The position numbers were made by a program, and so were the translations under genes. This document shows, piece after piece, positions 12,820 to 26,869 of a stretch of 64,000 nt of DNA. The stretch covers positions 4,836,001 through 4,900,000 of the forward strand of contig JAYWIR010000002.1 in NCBI GenBank assembly GCA_036172245.1, written 5' to 3'. The stretch is from Raillietiella orientalis (taxonomy: Eukaryota). The stretch's first letter is position 1. Each line of letters opens with the position of its first letter. The notes below the pieces were generated by a model. The model saw only the letters and a program-made list of their open reading frames with translations. It was not told where the DNA came from and made no database searches.

Positions 12820-13600
12820 AAAGCACAACAGAGTGGTGTTTGTGGCAAAACACTTGGTATACCACGTACAACGTGCCGATCACCGGTACGAAGACCAGCG
12901 AGGTCCACTCCAGCAGCATAGGGGGACCGGAAAATAACAACTCCCCCCCCAAAAAAAATTAAAAAAAAGAGGAGGAAAATTTTTCCTGGCCGGGTGGAGG
13001 GAGGGATGAAGGAAAGGGATCACGTTTCGTTGGGAGGCGTCATCTGCATCCTGTCCAGGATGCTGACAAGTTGTGTTCCGATGGTTCCGAGGTGGAGACA
13101 TCTCGAGACGGTCCTCAGGAAGATCTGAGTGCCCAGTGAATGCGTCCCTGACACTTCGGCCCTCTCATTTCCGTGTTCCAGGACACCAAGATTCTGTGGA
13201 CGTGACAAAGAACTGCGAGGGGGTGCGGCTGGCAGCAGTGCGGGGCTTCGCACGAAGAGGCATCGAAAAATGTCCCTGGGGTCGCCCACCGGAATTCCAA
13301 GGGTCGTCGCGAGGCAATCCAAAGAGATCGGAGGGCAGCACAGTCCTGCAGAAGATTCGGAAGAGTCCTCCTTCTCCCTGCTCCTGTCGCACGGAGCGGC
13401 GTCATGCTCCCACCCCTTCCGTGTCCAGTGGTGAAGGCACTCACTACGTGGGATTCCCCAGTGCAACACCAGCAACGCCAGCACCTGCCGCTCGAAGGAG
13501 AGAACGCCACTGTCTTGCTCCGACAAAGTCGAAAAAGTGCCAGAGGGCCGATCATGGCGACCTCCCCCCTCACTCTTGCTCTGCCATTGTGGATTTTTTC
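12820..13600 (-). mobile_element. L1/Tx1-like LINE 3' fragment
   Basis: ALLVLHWGIPRSECLHHWTRKG...LVSILDRMQ is homologous to the 26245 copy. Degenerate hairpin near 12842-12865. Confidence 0.7.
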
Positions 13601-13649
13601 TTCTTCCGTGGATGCAGCATGATCCCACGCTGCATCCACGAAAGCTCAT

Positions 13650-14360
13650 GAAGCCATCACGAAGCTCTTTGACTCAGCTCTTTGTGTCCGCGTCACCCAA
13701 GGGTGCGTGCCAACTCTTCAAGTTATAGGAGGTACCCCGGAGGGATCACTCTATGAATCCAGGAAGGCTTCGGAGGGAAGAAGTCTGTTCCTCTTACGCT
13801 TAGGAGGAATCCCGAAGGAATCATCTATCATCTTCCTTGTTCTCTCCAGAGGGGTCTCCAGGGGGGAGAAGTCACTATTCATTTATTCTTCAAAGGGAAC
13901 GCGGAAAGGAGGGATCTTGAACTCCTCTTGCTGTTTCCTCTTCAGAAGAAAACCTCGGAAGGATGCTTCCAAATTTCCTTGAAGGGAGCTCCCAAAGAGA
14001 GGAGTGCACTTACACTCTGGAGGGACAACCCCCGAAGGGTATGTCAACCAGCTCCATGGTACGGTTCCATCTTGGCAACTGGAAAGGAGCTGTGAAGGGC
14101 ATCTTGATTCACGCAGTGGCCAGGGGGTCGACTTTCAATCCCGGAGACCGGTCAACGGGGGCATCCAGAGATTTCCGGCTTCCACCAGTGCTTCAAGCCT
14201 CTGGGCCAGCCAGCGCCATCCTGCGGGAGGGAAGTCGAAACCCACGACGACGCACCCCCCATTTCTCAGCGTCGATCCTTCCCCGGACGTAATTTCTCCC
14301 CGAACCTGCGAAACCTGGTGCCACGGCGGAGGCCATAGCCACACTGCAGCCAGCGTGGAC
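13650..14360 (-). mobile_element. Family B copy 2, running directly into the LINE 3' fragment at 12820-13600
   Basis: The reverse complement shares tggctatggcctccg, gagaaatgggggtgcgtcgtc, ggatggcgctgg, gtggaagccgg, aagtcgaccc and ccatggagctggttga with other copies. Confidence 0.65.
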
Positions 14361-17049
14361 CTTTTCCGCTAGAGTTCGGTCTTGGGTGGCTTCCATCCCG
14401 AAAACTGACCGGGTCATGTTGCCTTTTGTCGGCCCTTTGTGTCAAATTCATCCACTCCGCTGAGCTGCCCAATGCTCTCGAGCGGCCGAAGGCGTTCACC
14501 AGCTGAATTTTCTCAGAAATCTCCCTGGAAACATCTGACACCGAAAAGATTCCCTGGATGAAAGACGGATGCACCAAGAGAGACGGGTGTGGCTCGAAAT
14601 ACTGCTTCTGAAGTGGAAGCTGCGAGCGGGATTCGAGTCGAAGCAGGAAAACGTTTCTTTGCAACTCTCAGAATCAGTAGGTCGCGGATGCCGAGGAAGC
14701 CGAGCAAGGGGCGGTGGAAACTGAAACCTTCTCCAGCCGAGCTGGTTCCAGAGGGATCTCTTTTCCTCCGCCCGGTTCATTTCGCTCCGGCGCGTCGCTC
14801 CCCTCAGTCAGCAGCTGACCTAGACTAGACCAGGGTTTCTAGGCAGCCACCTGCCCTCTCTGTGCAACAAAGAACGGCAGTTCCTCTTGGTTTCGAGGTC
14901 GCAGTGCTGGCGGCACAGAGGCAGTCGGTTTCACAACGCCTATGGAAACTTCCGACGACCGATTCGTTGATGACGAGGACCTACCGTCTGCTGTGCTTCC
15001 CTCGAAAGTCGCTTCCCGTCTAAACATTTCACGTGGAAGGGCACGAGGACTAAAGAGCACCCGTCTCGGACAGGTGATGGTCGAAAGCGTGAGCTCACCG
15101 CTGACTGAGTGGTTGCTCTTTCTTCCACACAGCTTCTTCTTCGGCGACTCGCTCGAATGCGGAGGGCTACGGGTTTCTCCTTCCGACCAGGAGACGCTTC
15201 CGCCGTCTCGATGGTTCGATACGTCGTCACCAAGAGAAGAGAGAGAAAGGGGGAGAGGAGGTGATGCGCAAGAGGTTTCGATCCTTGAGAGAAGATCTTT
15301 GAGAGAGTCAGGATGCGCACACGCGCGCCTGCGGGTCTTCCAGCCGGCGGAGGGCCGTTTGCACCACCTCTGCGAAGACGCGCTCCGTGGGTCACGCAGA
15401 TTCTTCGCTCATGCGCATTTCACGGGCCTCTTGCAGCTGCTTCGCGGGGGTCCCCTCCATCTGCTCGTCTGTCGCCGAGTCCTGGAAGATGACTCGTCCG
15501 GCAGTCATCTTTGGGAAAGAGAAAAATCTCGATTTGTTGGCTCCGTGAGATCAGGATGGACAGAGATGTTTCGATATCCCCTCTTTGCGTGAGACAGCGT
15601 GTTGACAATGCCGGGCTCGGTGGGGATCGTATGATCCTCAATTTTTATTTCTTTTCCACTTCAGGGAGGAGAAATCACGTTTCTCTCTCTCTCTCTTTTG
15701 GTTTGAGATGAGATGGCTCGTATCTTATACCACGTGTCGAGTCAGAGGTACTTTGCTCTTGTAGCACTACGGGCAAAGACGGGCTCGCCATAATCCACAG
15801 CGCGCCCACATCTAGGAGTTCTTTTCTCTCCGCCCCGTCCGTCTTCCGTGTTTCCGTCGCAAGAGGGTGCGCGTGCGCCTTCCTTCTGACCCTTCAGCAC
15901 CCAATGTTTCCGAACTGCCTTCGTCCAAAGCAAGCAAGGGCAGCGGAAATAAAGAAAAATTCCGTGACCCTGAGTTCGGTCAAGGACTGACCGCCCAACT
16001 CCAGACGGTTTCTGAGCCCCGTTCGGTACAGTCTTTACCTCCCTCCCCCTACTCTCGGACGTTGTTGCATCGAGCGCTTTCCCGTTGCAGTTTTTCCAGG
16101 GAATGCGAATCGACCGACACCGGCCGGGAATGAATGCAAATGAGCCAGCGATGAAATAAATGCTTTTCCTGAAGGGGAGTTCAATTAAAAGGAAGGACAG
16201 GAGCAAACACAGAGCCATTGATTTCCGGATCCGGTACAGATCCCCTTCATCCCTCCGTTTTTTCCCGAACGCCAGCCAGCCCATCATGGAAGGAGCTAAA
16301 GATCGAATCCTGGACTGCGGGGAGGAAAGCTAAAGACTCCCACAGGAAGGGAGTGGGGCGTCGAGGTCGAGGCGGAGTCGAAGAATCCGGGACATCGCTT
16401 CATTCTCTGTTCTTAATCTTCTCCTTTTCCCTCATCTCAGTCTTCCTTTGCCAGTCGGATCATCACTGCTCTGGTTCCTTGCCCTCTCCTTCCCTCCATC
16501 CAGGAAGAATTTTCTCGAGAAACTCTAATCTTGTGGGCTTCATGGAAATTGACGATGGTTGCCCTCGCAAAAACGCCTCCTCCAGGCAGATGTATGGCTC
16601 CGACTTGACCTTCCCCAGGTCCGACCTTAGGACCACGAAGGCCTCGTGCACCTGCAGCCAAGCAGGTGGACAAAGTGGCGGCGTCCACCTGCTTGTCTTT
16701 GGCCTCCGTAAGCTCCCTGAGATACGCACGGAATGTATCGGAGGTCGCGGTCCAGCAGCTGATGATTCCTTCCCTCCTCATCGAGCTCCCACATGGCGTC
16801 TATGAGCTCGTCAAACCGCACTACTTCTGGAGGGGCTGCCCGACCTCCTCTTCCTCCTCCTCCCTTCCTCTTTCTTTCCTCCCTCTCCTCCCTTCATCCT
16901 GCTCCCGGTCGTCCTCGTGCCGTAGTTAAAGTCTCCAATGGCGCTGTCACCTTCGGCGCCAGCTTCAAGCCGGGCGAGCCACAGGCAGCAGCAGCCCATC
17001 TCCAACACAAAAGGCAGGCGGCCGCTCACCTCGCTGATGTGGCGTGAGC

Positions 17050-17450
17050 GAGAGCTTCAATCTTGTGGGACAACTGGCCGTGTGACCCGTGCGACCCCGA
17101 GAGGGCTCACTCGGAGTGACAGCGGACAGCCGACTCCCCCTCCCTCCCTTCATCCTGGAGATCTTGGAAGATCGGTTGCTACTGGGGAAAGTGCTGCTCT
17201 TCGCATCAGTGGAAACTCATCCCAGAGGCATCCTGGGACGAGCGCAAATCTGGTTGCGCCTTCGTCCCATCCGTGCCTCGGGCTGGCTCCCATTTCATTT
17301 TCCGAACAACAGATGGCGGCGGCACAGTCGAGAGTGGTCACGGTCGATCCGGAGCGGGTGCTCAGAAGGGAGTTCCACAAAACTGGTTCTGGTCGGCACG
17401 CCTCGGATCCCTGGAATGATGACCCACGGTTCACTCCTCCCCTCTCCTAT
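17050..17450 (+). mobile_element. Possible decayed APE endonuclease of an L1/Tx1-like ORF2
   Basis: Ghost motifs in order: ATPRGL (N.RGL), LLFASVETH (LQETH), GLAPISF (GVAILF), TVDPERVL (D..GR.L). Confidence 0.3.
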
Positions 17451-19689
17451 CGCATCGCTCTGTTCCGCGTACGAGAAGGGAGAGAAAAGGGGCAACCAAG
17501 TCCCCTGCCAGCTGGGACGGGACCGACTCAGAACGCTGGCCGCATCCGTCGCGCTAGGGTTCGGTTCTTCCCGGTGCACGATCGCCCAACTTCTACGCGC
17601 TTCCCGCGCATTAGAGTGGCTGAAGCACGGCCCTTGAAAGGCGGCATTCCCACATCCGGATAAGGGGGGTGGGGGTAAGAGGGGGGATGCGAAGTCCCCT
17701 CTCTCCGGCCCATGGGGAGGGGGTAATAAAGGAGCAGAGGGGATCGGAGACGGTGCGCGGGTGCGAGCGCTCTCTGGTCGCACGGGACGCGCTCGTGCAT
17801 CACACACACCCCGTCCTCCTTCTGTCGAGTGGTCCAGGGAACGATTCAGATAAGGATCCCGCGAGCGAGCAGGAGGAACTCGGAGGAGGGAGGGAGGGAA
17901 CGTGACCTCTCTGAAAAACCACTGGCCCCTCGCATCTTCGGATGACGCGCAAGGGGTCAAGGGCGAGGCGACTGCTCCCCATCCCCTTTCGCCTCTCGAG
18001 AACGCTTTGCCCTGTAGGGAGTTCCGTGGCGGAGGTGCTCCCAGACGCCCCTTGGAACCCGGAAGCGACTCGGGATGCGCGCTAGCAGGGACGAATCCTG
18101 TGGATGACGGAGCCTACCCATCCCTTCCCGGCGGTTGTCCATTTTCCTTCTATGGGGAGCAAGATGGCGTCGAGAGAGAACCGCTGCCTTACCAAGAGCC
18201 CGCTGGGATGCCGCAGGAGGGCAAGGTTCTGGAAGGTAGACGGAGGGACACGCAGGCAGGAAACTCCGGCGAGGAATCATCGAGTGCCGGGAAGGAAGGG
18301 GAAGAAGGGGAATGGGAAGGAGGAGAGCGCCGACGGAACGCCTTTGCAGAAGTGGGGGGTGGGAAGGAAAGAAAGCGGAGTGGGCGGAAGCCCTAAGACA
18401 AAGCGCGAGGGCAGGGAGGAGAAAGAGGTCAGGCTGGCAACCCGATCCCGCGAAAAGCGACCGGAGGGGAGGGGGAGCTCTCCTCCTCCTCTCTTCGTCC
18501 TCCACCTCCTCCTAGCTCTTCGAAGACGCCCAGCGCTTCGAAGAAGGGACGAATCCTATAAGTGACGTTCTCTGGGGAGGAAACAGACGGGCATCCAGGA
18601 AAAGGGAGGTATCTGTGTCTTTGCGGAACCCTATTCCCAGGATTCCTCTCTTCCCCCGTTCTGCGCGTCGTTCTCGGGGTCGTAAGCGCTTTCGGAAGGG
18701 CCGGCACCTTCTTGGCCCGGTCGCACGGGCCGACCTCGGGAGGCTCGAGGGGCCCGCCCGATCCTACCGAGCCGCTCTCGCCTTCCCGATCGTCCCGCCT
18801 CGTGGGAAAAGGGCTCGCCCGCCCGCGCACTGGGTCCGGGAGGTCCGCAAGCGCGAGGAAGCACGAAGGGGGAATCCCAAAGGGCTCCGGAACCTGACCG
18901 AGCGTACCAGCATGTTCCTCGCGCGGGTCACATCGAAAAGAAAAAAAAAGCTCCACGCACATCCGCATGAACATCAGCTCCATCCGTGCCATCGTTTCAA
19001 TGCACCCGTACACCGGTTTCCACTTCCAAGGCAGCGGGTTTGGGGAACCCACTGCCTTGGAAGTGGACACCGTGGACAGACTACCCGACTCACTTCTCCC
19101 TGACCTCTCTCTTCCTCCTTCCGCTCGGGTCGGGTTAACAGGAGTCGAGCGAGCGACGAGCTCTCTCCAGCTGCCCGTGAGGTGACCGCACAGGAGCTTC
19201 CCTCCCCATGTCCTCCCAACTCACTCCCGCTTGCTCGGCTCTGCTCCGTCGTGGGGCCGAGGTGGCCGTGAGCAAAGCCGAGAAGGGTCACTGACCGCCT
19301 CCTCCTCGCCCTTTCGGCGAGCTTTCCTTGAGCCGAAAGTCCCTCCTGCACGCGCCCCAATCCTCGCCGGGACGGGGCTTCCCCGTTCCTCCTTCCTGGC
19401 ACGAGCAAAGCAGTCTGATCCGAACGATCATGCATGAACGGCCACAGGAGCGGGAAGAATGAGGGGAGGGAGGGAGGACCGCGAACCCATGCTGGACGGG
19501 AAGGAGGGAGCAGTGCGAGAAAACGCCGGGAGAGCGGACCAGGGAGGCCGTGAGCGTGCGTTCCTGTGGCCCATCGACTCTCCGGCCCGCTCGCTACGCA
19601 CGAAGGCTGTGTTGGCCTATGGGATAAAAGCCGCATAAAATGCCGAACCATGGCGACTAAGTGACAACATTGCTGCGTCACTCGACATT

Positions 19690-20560
19690 GTTACAAACAA
19701 TGCTCGCGCTTCGTATTGTTACAAACGGCGCTTGCGTATGCTCTGCTGACTGTTCGAGGGGCGAGGACGGAAGCGAAACGAGAAATCAGCCTTTGTGGCC
19801 TCAGGTTCTGTGGATTCTGCTCGGAAAGGCTCCCTACATGACCCAGTGGCAGCCGTTTGGGGGGGTGGATGGGATCCATGACTACTCCTGGGGGAGATTA
19901 CGCAGCCACCTTGTGAGACTCCTGGGCATATGGGTGCCCAGGAAACCTTTTTTTCCAAAGTGAAGCTCGCTTTCCTTCCTTGGTGGGGTCCTTTTTCCAT
20001 TTATCGGGACCACGTTCGCAAAGCAGTAGGTCATTCCTGGGCGATCGGAGACTTGCGGAATGACGAATCTATCACGCAGTCAACATGCAACCTCGCCCAA
20101 AGTCTGGATTAGGGCTGGTGAACAAGTTCATGTCCATGGAACGTGTGCACGAAAGCTTCTAGAGTTCACAGGACGAATAGAAGGTTGCCTTGTGCCAAGA
20201 AGGTTTCTAACAGATGTGAAAGTTTAAAGTAGGTCCTTCTGTTTAGCCCGGTCCCATCCCTCCCAGCGATGAAACCTCATCTGCGTATTCTTTCAAATGC
20301 AGCAAAGTCAGCACTCGTGCGTTTCCTGCCCGATTCTGTCGCACATGCCAGTTTTAAATAAGGTTCCAAGATATCGTTATGTGTGTTCCTTTAAAGCGAA
20401 CAACCTGTGTCTTTAGCCTCATATTTACTTGATGTACAATTCATTTGCCCACTATTTGCCCTATTCCATTTGTCTGATTCAGTTATTTATCTTCTCATGA
20501 AAGTGATGTGAGGAACTTCCGGGTACGCACGGGGACCATTCTCACGGTGAAGCAGCTTCA
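19690..20560 (+). mobile_element. Decayed L1/Tx1-like reverse transcriptase and thumb remnant
   Basis: Motif ghosts in the expected order: LAYALLTV (for AYADDLTV), VRLLGIW (KILG), PKSGLGLVN (GGLGL). Multiple frameshifts. Confidence 0.45.
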
Positions 20561-23500
20561 AGAGATTTCACAAAAGTGGGGGACCTCGCATCGTTGATTT
20601 TACTGACTTTATACATTTCGGTGTAGATTAATTAGCAAAGTCATATCAAGTTATTTGGGCTTTATAACAATTTGATCTTCACACTCCCCATCGACGTGCC
20701 ACAAAAAGGAACACTAATTCTTAACCGAAAATTGGAAACTGTGTTTTTTTGCCAGTCATGCGCGAGATACAGGGAGCCAGAAGTTCCGTGATCTCTTTTA
20801 TTCTGTGATTTCAGAGGAAAGTTACAGTATTGGTTTTCGCATCCACTTTCTTGCATCACATGTACAGTGCACGCTTCAGAGTTGATTACCTCTGTAGATG
20901 TAACAGGAAACCAATTCTTCTTCCATGCCGGAAATCATTTGCTGGCGTTTTCGCTAACTATTTTCTGATGCTTTTGAACGATAGTACAATTTGCTTCTTT
21001 GAGGAAATACGATTTGATAACGACAAGTACATTTTGCTTCTTCCTGTATTCTCAGGGAGGTGGCGATTTTTGAATCTCAAGTCCTGGTCAGTACTTGGGC
21101 GGCAGACCTCCTGGGAACCCCGGGTGCCGTAGACACTTGGCAGGAATTTTTTGCATATTTCTCAAGGCAAAGAATTTAAATTTAAATTTTGACGCGTCGG
21201 ACTCGCAGTGCGCTGCACAAAATTCACATGGAAATTTGATCGAAGTTCGAGCTGTCCGAGCATCAAAGTAGCCTCAGCAATCACTGGGGTATTTGGAGCC
21301 AGACAGTCGAACTTTAATTCACAGATGTGTCCAATAAATCATCTAATTGCGAAGTTTGTCAAGGAAACAGACGAACAGAAATGGCGTGACGGAATGAGCT
21401 TTTTGGACGCAACATGCTAATTTTTTGTTGTTGTTGTCTCAGTTGTGCCAAGTTATTTAAACATATATTCGTCAGTATGTGAACATAAGCAAGTGTATAT
21501 ATAAAATAGGGTACAGAGGGTAATGTCACTGATCGAAGATCAAAAACCGATCCTAATTTTTTTTTTTTTTAAAAAAGATGCTTTTGGAGTATCCAACTTG
21601 AGACGCAAAATAAATCCACAAGAATGCAAGCTGCAGAAGAAGCGGAAAAGCGACAGCCTGGGGTCGGATGCATCCCACGGCCATTTCTGCTCACGTGATA
21701 TCCTTGAACCGAACAAAGTAGGTGGACCCTGAATTCAAACGACCTCCCGAGTGCTCTGTCAGATCAGTTTGTTAACGGCACAGTTTATTTTGTTAAAAAT
21801 GGGCATAGCTGTAGCACTCTCGAGAGCAGGGAATCCTGATTGAGACGAGCATCCACCTGACATGTTGGGACGTTTAGATACATCAAGCACTCGTTAGTTT
21901 GGTTTGAGTTCCACAACAGGTTGCATACCATCCCATCACACCACTCACCTCAAATATCCTTGAGGCCCTTAAAAGGCAAAATTTGTGGAAACGGCCGGAG
22001 CTGGTCATGTTTACGTGAGGTTCCATTCTGACTGACAGCCGGTGCATCCAATGAAGGGAAGCATGAAAAGATACCAAACTCTACTGGGTTGGCCTAAGAG
22101 GGCGCCGTCTCTCTTTCTTTCCAGTTCATAGTATTTTATTTGCTCCGACAAATTTCCTTTCACAAGGTTTGCTGCTGTTTCTCTTTATTTACTTTTTTCC
22201 ATTTTTTCGAAAAAGAAATAAAATAATACAGATACATGCTTCTCAAAGGTCGTCTCAACCTACGCTTTCGAAAGCAATGCTGATGGTTGTTGCCTCTTCC
22301 CTCGAAAGAGGAAGCTTCCTTGCAAAGCGGAGCAAGTCACAAGTGTACGGCCTCAATGCAGTGATCATGTAATATTCCCGAATCAGCAAAGCAGATGAAG
22401 CCCAGATCATCCCTGCTTGAGAGATCGTTGCTCGAAGCCGTGTTCTGGTTTTGATCTCTTGCTTTTACTGATAGGAAAAACCAACATGCTCTTTCCCTCC
22501 TTTCCGGTATGCAGGAATGAGAAACTGTCTTCTAATTTAGCCCCCCCAGACTCTCTGGTATGGAGATCAGATCTGATTGATACCTTCACCGGAGAGACTG
22601 CATCAGCACTAAAATCAACCAATTCTTAATTTTGTGCATTCTTGGGTTTTCCCATCCTCCGGACTTTGGTGCGAGCAAGTCCCTCGCAGCCCCAATGGGA
22701 AACATTTCCAATCGGGGATCATTTGTGCTCCTAAGAGTCCGATTTCACTCTCTCAAGTCAGCTGCTTATTTACGTGCTAATGCATATGTTTTTTTTTTTT
22801 TTTTTTAGCTCGTCTTGATGGCTGGAGTCTTCAGCTCCCCTTCCGCAAAAAACACAGCTTTCCTCAATAATCTGCCACACGGTAAAACCAAAATGCACCC
22901 TTTTCCATAGCAGTGGTCTTCCAAGAGGGCAAAGGGAAATTCAGCGATCTTGGTCTCTTTCTTTCCAGCGAAACTGATTCGCAGCGAATCACTGCTAGTT
23001 AGCTTAGCTTTCCTCAAGCCTTCCGCAAACTCCTCAAGTGCTTTTACTCCCCGCAGCAAGGACCTCTCCTTCTTTCCCTTTGTGCATTACTGTCCTTCCA
23101 GGAAACAGGTCAAAACGGAGAAGAAGAAAAGAAAAAAAAAAAACGGGCGCTCGCACAATTTGTGGTCGGAAAGTCCTAACGTCTTTTGCATCCGCGGCAG
23201 CATCCGCAACTCTCTCGCGATCCAAACCGAAGGCGCTGCGGTCTCCTGCAACCGCATAAACTTCCCTGCTCCTCTGGAAAGAGCCGCGACCTCCAGCTGG
23301 CAGGCAAATCATCATATGGATTACCAACTGAACAGTTTGAATTCTCTTTCCCTAATCACCATTCCTCGTTCATTAAGTGCAGCCTATAAAGTTCACTCCA
23401 CCCCTTTGATCACGCGATTGTTCAAACGGCTACAAATCACATTTCAGAGGAAGAAGAAGTCTTGGCTGCAAGCTTTCGGGAAGACGAATTCTCAAACAAA

Positions 23501-23647
23501 GCTGCAGTTCATAAACGGATTCATCCTGGAACAATGGTTGCCATGGAAAGCTCCATCCTTTGAAATATGGTTGGGTAGCATTTTATTCATCCCAGGAAAC
23601 TCAGACGATTTTATCCGGAGAGAATGAATGTAAACTTCGGAAACATC

Positions 23648-23650
<3 letters not shown>

Positions 23651-23686
<36 letters not shown>
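23651..23686 (+). repeat. Poly(A) tract, 36 nt
   Basis: Uninterrupted A36. Confidence 0.9.
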
Positions 23687-23687
<1 letters not shown>

Positions 23688-26189
23688 CGCATTCTCCCTT
23701 CGGGTATCTCTGAAGAGGGTGAGGAAAATTTTGTTTACTTTCTTACCCTAAGGATGGCCGCACGGAGCGACGGTCCAGCTTAATTTTCGTCCAAAAGGCA
23801 TATGGGAAATCGTTTTTTCTCACGCGTCAACCCTCCCCCACCGCCACCTTCTCCGTTTCATGCGGAGGAGTGCTGATGGAGCTCGGTAAACCTCCTTTTT
23901 CAAAGATAAATTTGCGGATTAAAATATTTTCCTGTCATGCAGAATTTCGCACGTCTGTCACGGGCAATCGAATTTCATCGGACGGTGATTCCATCTATTC
24001 GCGTTGCATCCGCTCGGAAATCAATTTCGGTCTGTATCTCCGTATGCTCGCAAGACCTAACATTGTAGTCGTTATTCATCGGATTCGCGGAGGTTCCCAC
24101 TTGCAAAATAAATTAGAGGAAGTATGTAAATGGTTCATTTTATACTAGTTAAGAGCAATAAACATTCCTAACGATTGCTTCAGTGATAGGTGCAAGAGTC
24201 GTAAATTTCGAGAGAATGCTTCCTTCGGCTCGATCCATCGAAAAACTCCATCATTAAAGATGAGCTGTATTGGTACTCTCATGGGGTAATTAATTAATGA
24301 GGAACAGGTATGAGGAACGCTCGCCGGTTAACGTGGAGGCTCCAGGATTCGAACGGGGTCAAAAACGCATTCGCTGATTGGAGATTTGCTGGAAAGCGAG
24401 TAAGCGATTCGATGTCCTCGAATATTGGCAGCTGCGTTCCGCTTCCTGTCCCTGCAAGCAAAGCTCTTGGTGGTTCGTTTCAGGGGTGGGGTCAAAGTTT
24501 AGGCGGGGACTTTCGTTTCACCTCTCTCGTTTCCTTCCTTCCTGCTGCCATCCTCGACCTCAGAAGGTAAGGGGTGTCAAATTAATCACGGCAGGAGCAC
24601 CGACAACCATTGCCGATTTCGAAAGAAATGCTCTAGCGGTTCCTGTCCTATGAAAGAGTTATGTGGGTGCTGCACAACGGTCTGGAAGCGTGGAGCAGAT
24701 TTCCAAGTGAATCATCCACACACTCTGAAGCATTCCGTTCGACGGACGTTGGTACAACTGTTTTTGCTTTTTTGCTTTTTTTTAAAAAAAAAAAAAATCT
24801 CTTTTTCCTGATTGCTGCTCTGATTTCAAGTTGCTTTTATCTTGAGGGGAGGAGGGGGAGTTCATGATCTCAGTCGAAAAGAAAGCATGTATAAGAATAC
24901 TCCAGAAGGGATTTCAACACTTCTGCGGGTCAAGCTGGAGTGCAAGCGGAAGGCCGGAAACGTTTCCTGGAGAAACGAGCCGGCCGGTAACCGAGGGCAA
25001 GAGGAGCAAACGTTCCTGCTTGCCAAACTCCGTCTGCACGTGTTTATGCTCACAGACGGATGAGCAGGATGCACTCAGTGCACTCGCCTCGCTGACAACC
25101 CTGCACAAGTCACTTCCCGGTTACGTGAGTCGTACCTGTTCCCCGCAATCTCCTGCCAATTTTTCTGCTTTGATTCCCGCACCATTTCATTCCTCGTTAT
25201 CTCAGTCATCCATCATCCGGAATTGCCAACCCTATCCCGGTAGCTTTTCTTGAGCTTCCTCATCTGCCTTTGTTGCATTGATCGCCAATAAAACACAAAA
25301 CGGAATTCTTGAAGATCGGAATGCACTGCGATGTGCAATCCTAAAATAAAGGAAATTCCCGTCCCAATTTGGGCTCTGCAGGCTCTGTATATGTGTTTTT
25401 TCCTTTTTTTCCAAAATGTCTTTCGTAAGTCTTTCGCCTTTTCCATGTGGGAAATTTCACGTGATGGAATGCACATGAACGACAGGCGTTGCATTCCGGA
25501 AGGCACAGCACGCTTCAGCCTTACTCTCCTTGCCCCCCCCCCCCTTCCCCTCAAAGTTCCCGGATATCTCGACTGTCCACAGTCTCTTCCACCTTCCATC
25601 CGTGCCTGCTCTCTGAAGATCCCAGCTGATACCCTATCCCGGTCCGTCGTCAGAGGCTCCCCACGCTGGAGGGTTGATTGCTGCCGTTTAGTGAGCTTCG
25701 TAAGCCCTTTCGATGTCTTCCGACTTCCGGTTTCACCTCCGACCTCCTCGCTCCTTCCGCTCTCTCGCTCTGCAGTTGCAGCACCTGGACTCCCCCCAGT
25801 CGAAGGGTATGCTGGCAAGGTTCAGCCGTATCCCTGCCCCTCTCGCTCGGCAGACAGTGGTGCAAGGGGAATACTGATCTAAATCCAGGGGTTTCGGAGT
25901 CCTGCCGAAGAGATCTTGCGAGCCATCTTCCTACCCATATCTCAGAAAATCAAAGTTGCGATTCCAGGCGAAGCACCCCGACGCCGCCGGTCTTTATGCG
26001 TCACGGGAATTTTTCATGTATCGCGTCTTCGCATCGGGGCGAATCGAATCTTCTCGTGCTTGTGCGTGCAACAGGATGCAGCTCGCGTCTTCGCGGGGGA
26101 TGCAACGCGACCGAACCGGGGGAATGAGGAGGAGGGAGGGACGAAAGTTGAGCAGGCACGGAAATTCCTCCGGAGGAGGTACAGTGACC

Positions 26190-26860
26190 CCTAGCGTGTT
26201 GGAACAGTGCTACTCTAAAGTGGCAGGAGACGGCGACCCTGCTGTTGCACTGGGACTTCCCGTGCAACGCCCACCGACATTACTGGACCCGGAGGAGTGT
26301 AAGCTCGAACTGCGCCTGGTGCGGCAAAAGAGAGTGTCTCCCGCACCTGCTCATAGATTGTGTTGCCCTCCGCCCCCTGTGGGAACGCTTTTCCGCGTCC
26401 CTGCGGATCCTCAAGGACAACCTCAGAGACCTGAAATGCCTCTTCCAGCGCGGCACCCTCACGCCGACTGCATCCCTAGCAGCACTTTGCTGCCCACGGG
26501 GCGGGACCGTGGCTGCATGGAGCAGCAATCCCAGAGGAGGCCAGGATGACAGAGACGCCATCTATTTTGCTGTCTTCTTCATGAAGATAGCGTCAAGATG
26601 GTTCCATCTGGAAGTCTTAAAACAGGAACTTGCCGGCATCCTGCACAGGATGCAGAGGACGTCCTCCAGCACCCAGTTATCCCTTCCCGAATCCTCTTAA
26701 TTTTTTCGTTTATGTATACATATATTTTCCCCTTTCCCTCTGCTGCCGAGACGGATCTCACCGGCCTGAGCTTCGATTCATGGCAGGTTCCTTTTTGGTA
26801 CGCATATGCAACGTGTCAGAATCAAGTGTTCTGCCACTGAATTGGATTTATTCTTATAAA
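26190..26860 (+). mobile_element. L1/Tx1-like LINE 3' fragment (ORF2 C-terminal CCHC zinc finger plus 3' UTR); best-preserved copy
   Basis: LHWDFPCNAHRHYWTRRSVSSNCAWCGKRECLPHLLIDCVALRPLW has the Cx2C...E...HLL..C pattern of L1/Tx1 ORF2 ends. A T-rich tract and the terminal hairpin at 26813-26837 follow. Confidence 0.75.
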
Positions 26861-26869
26861 CAAACGCCT

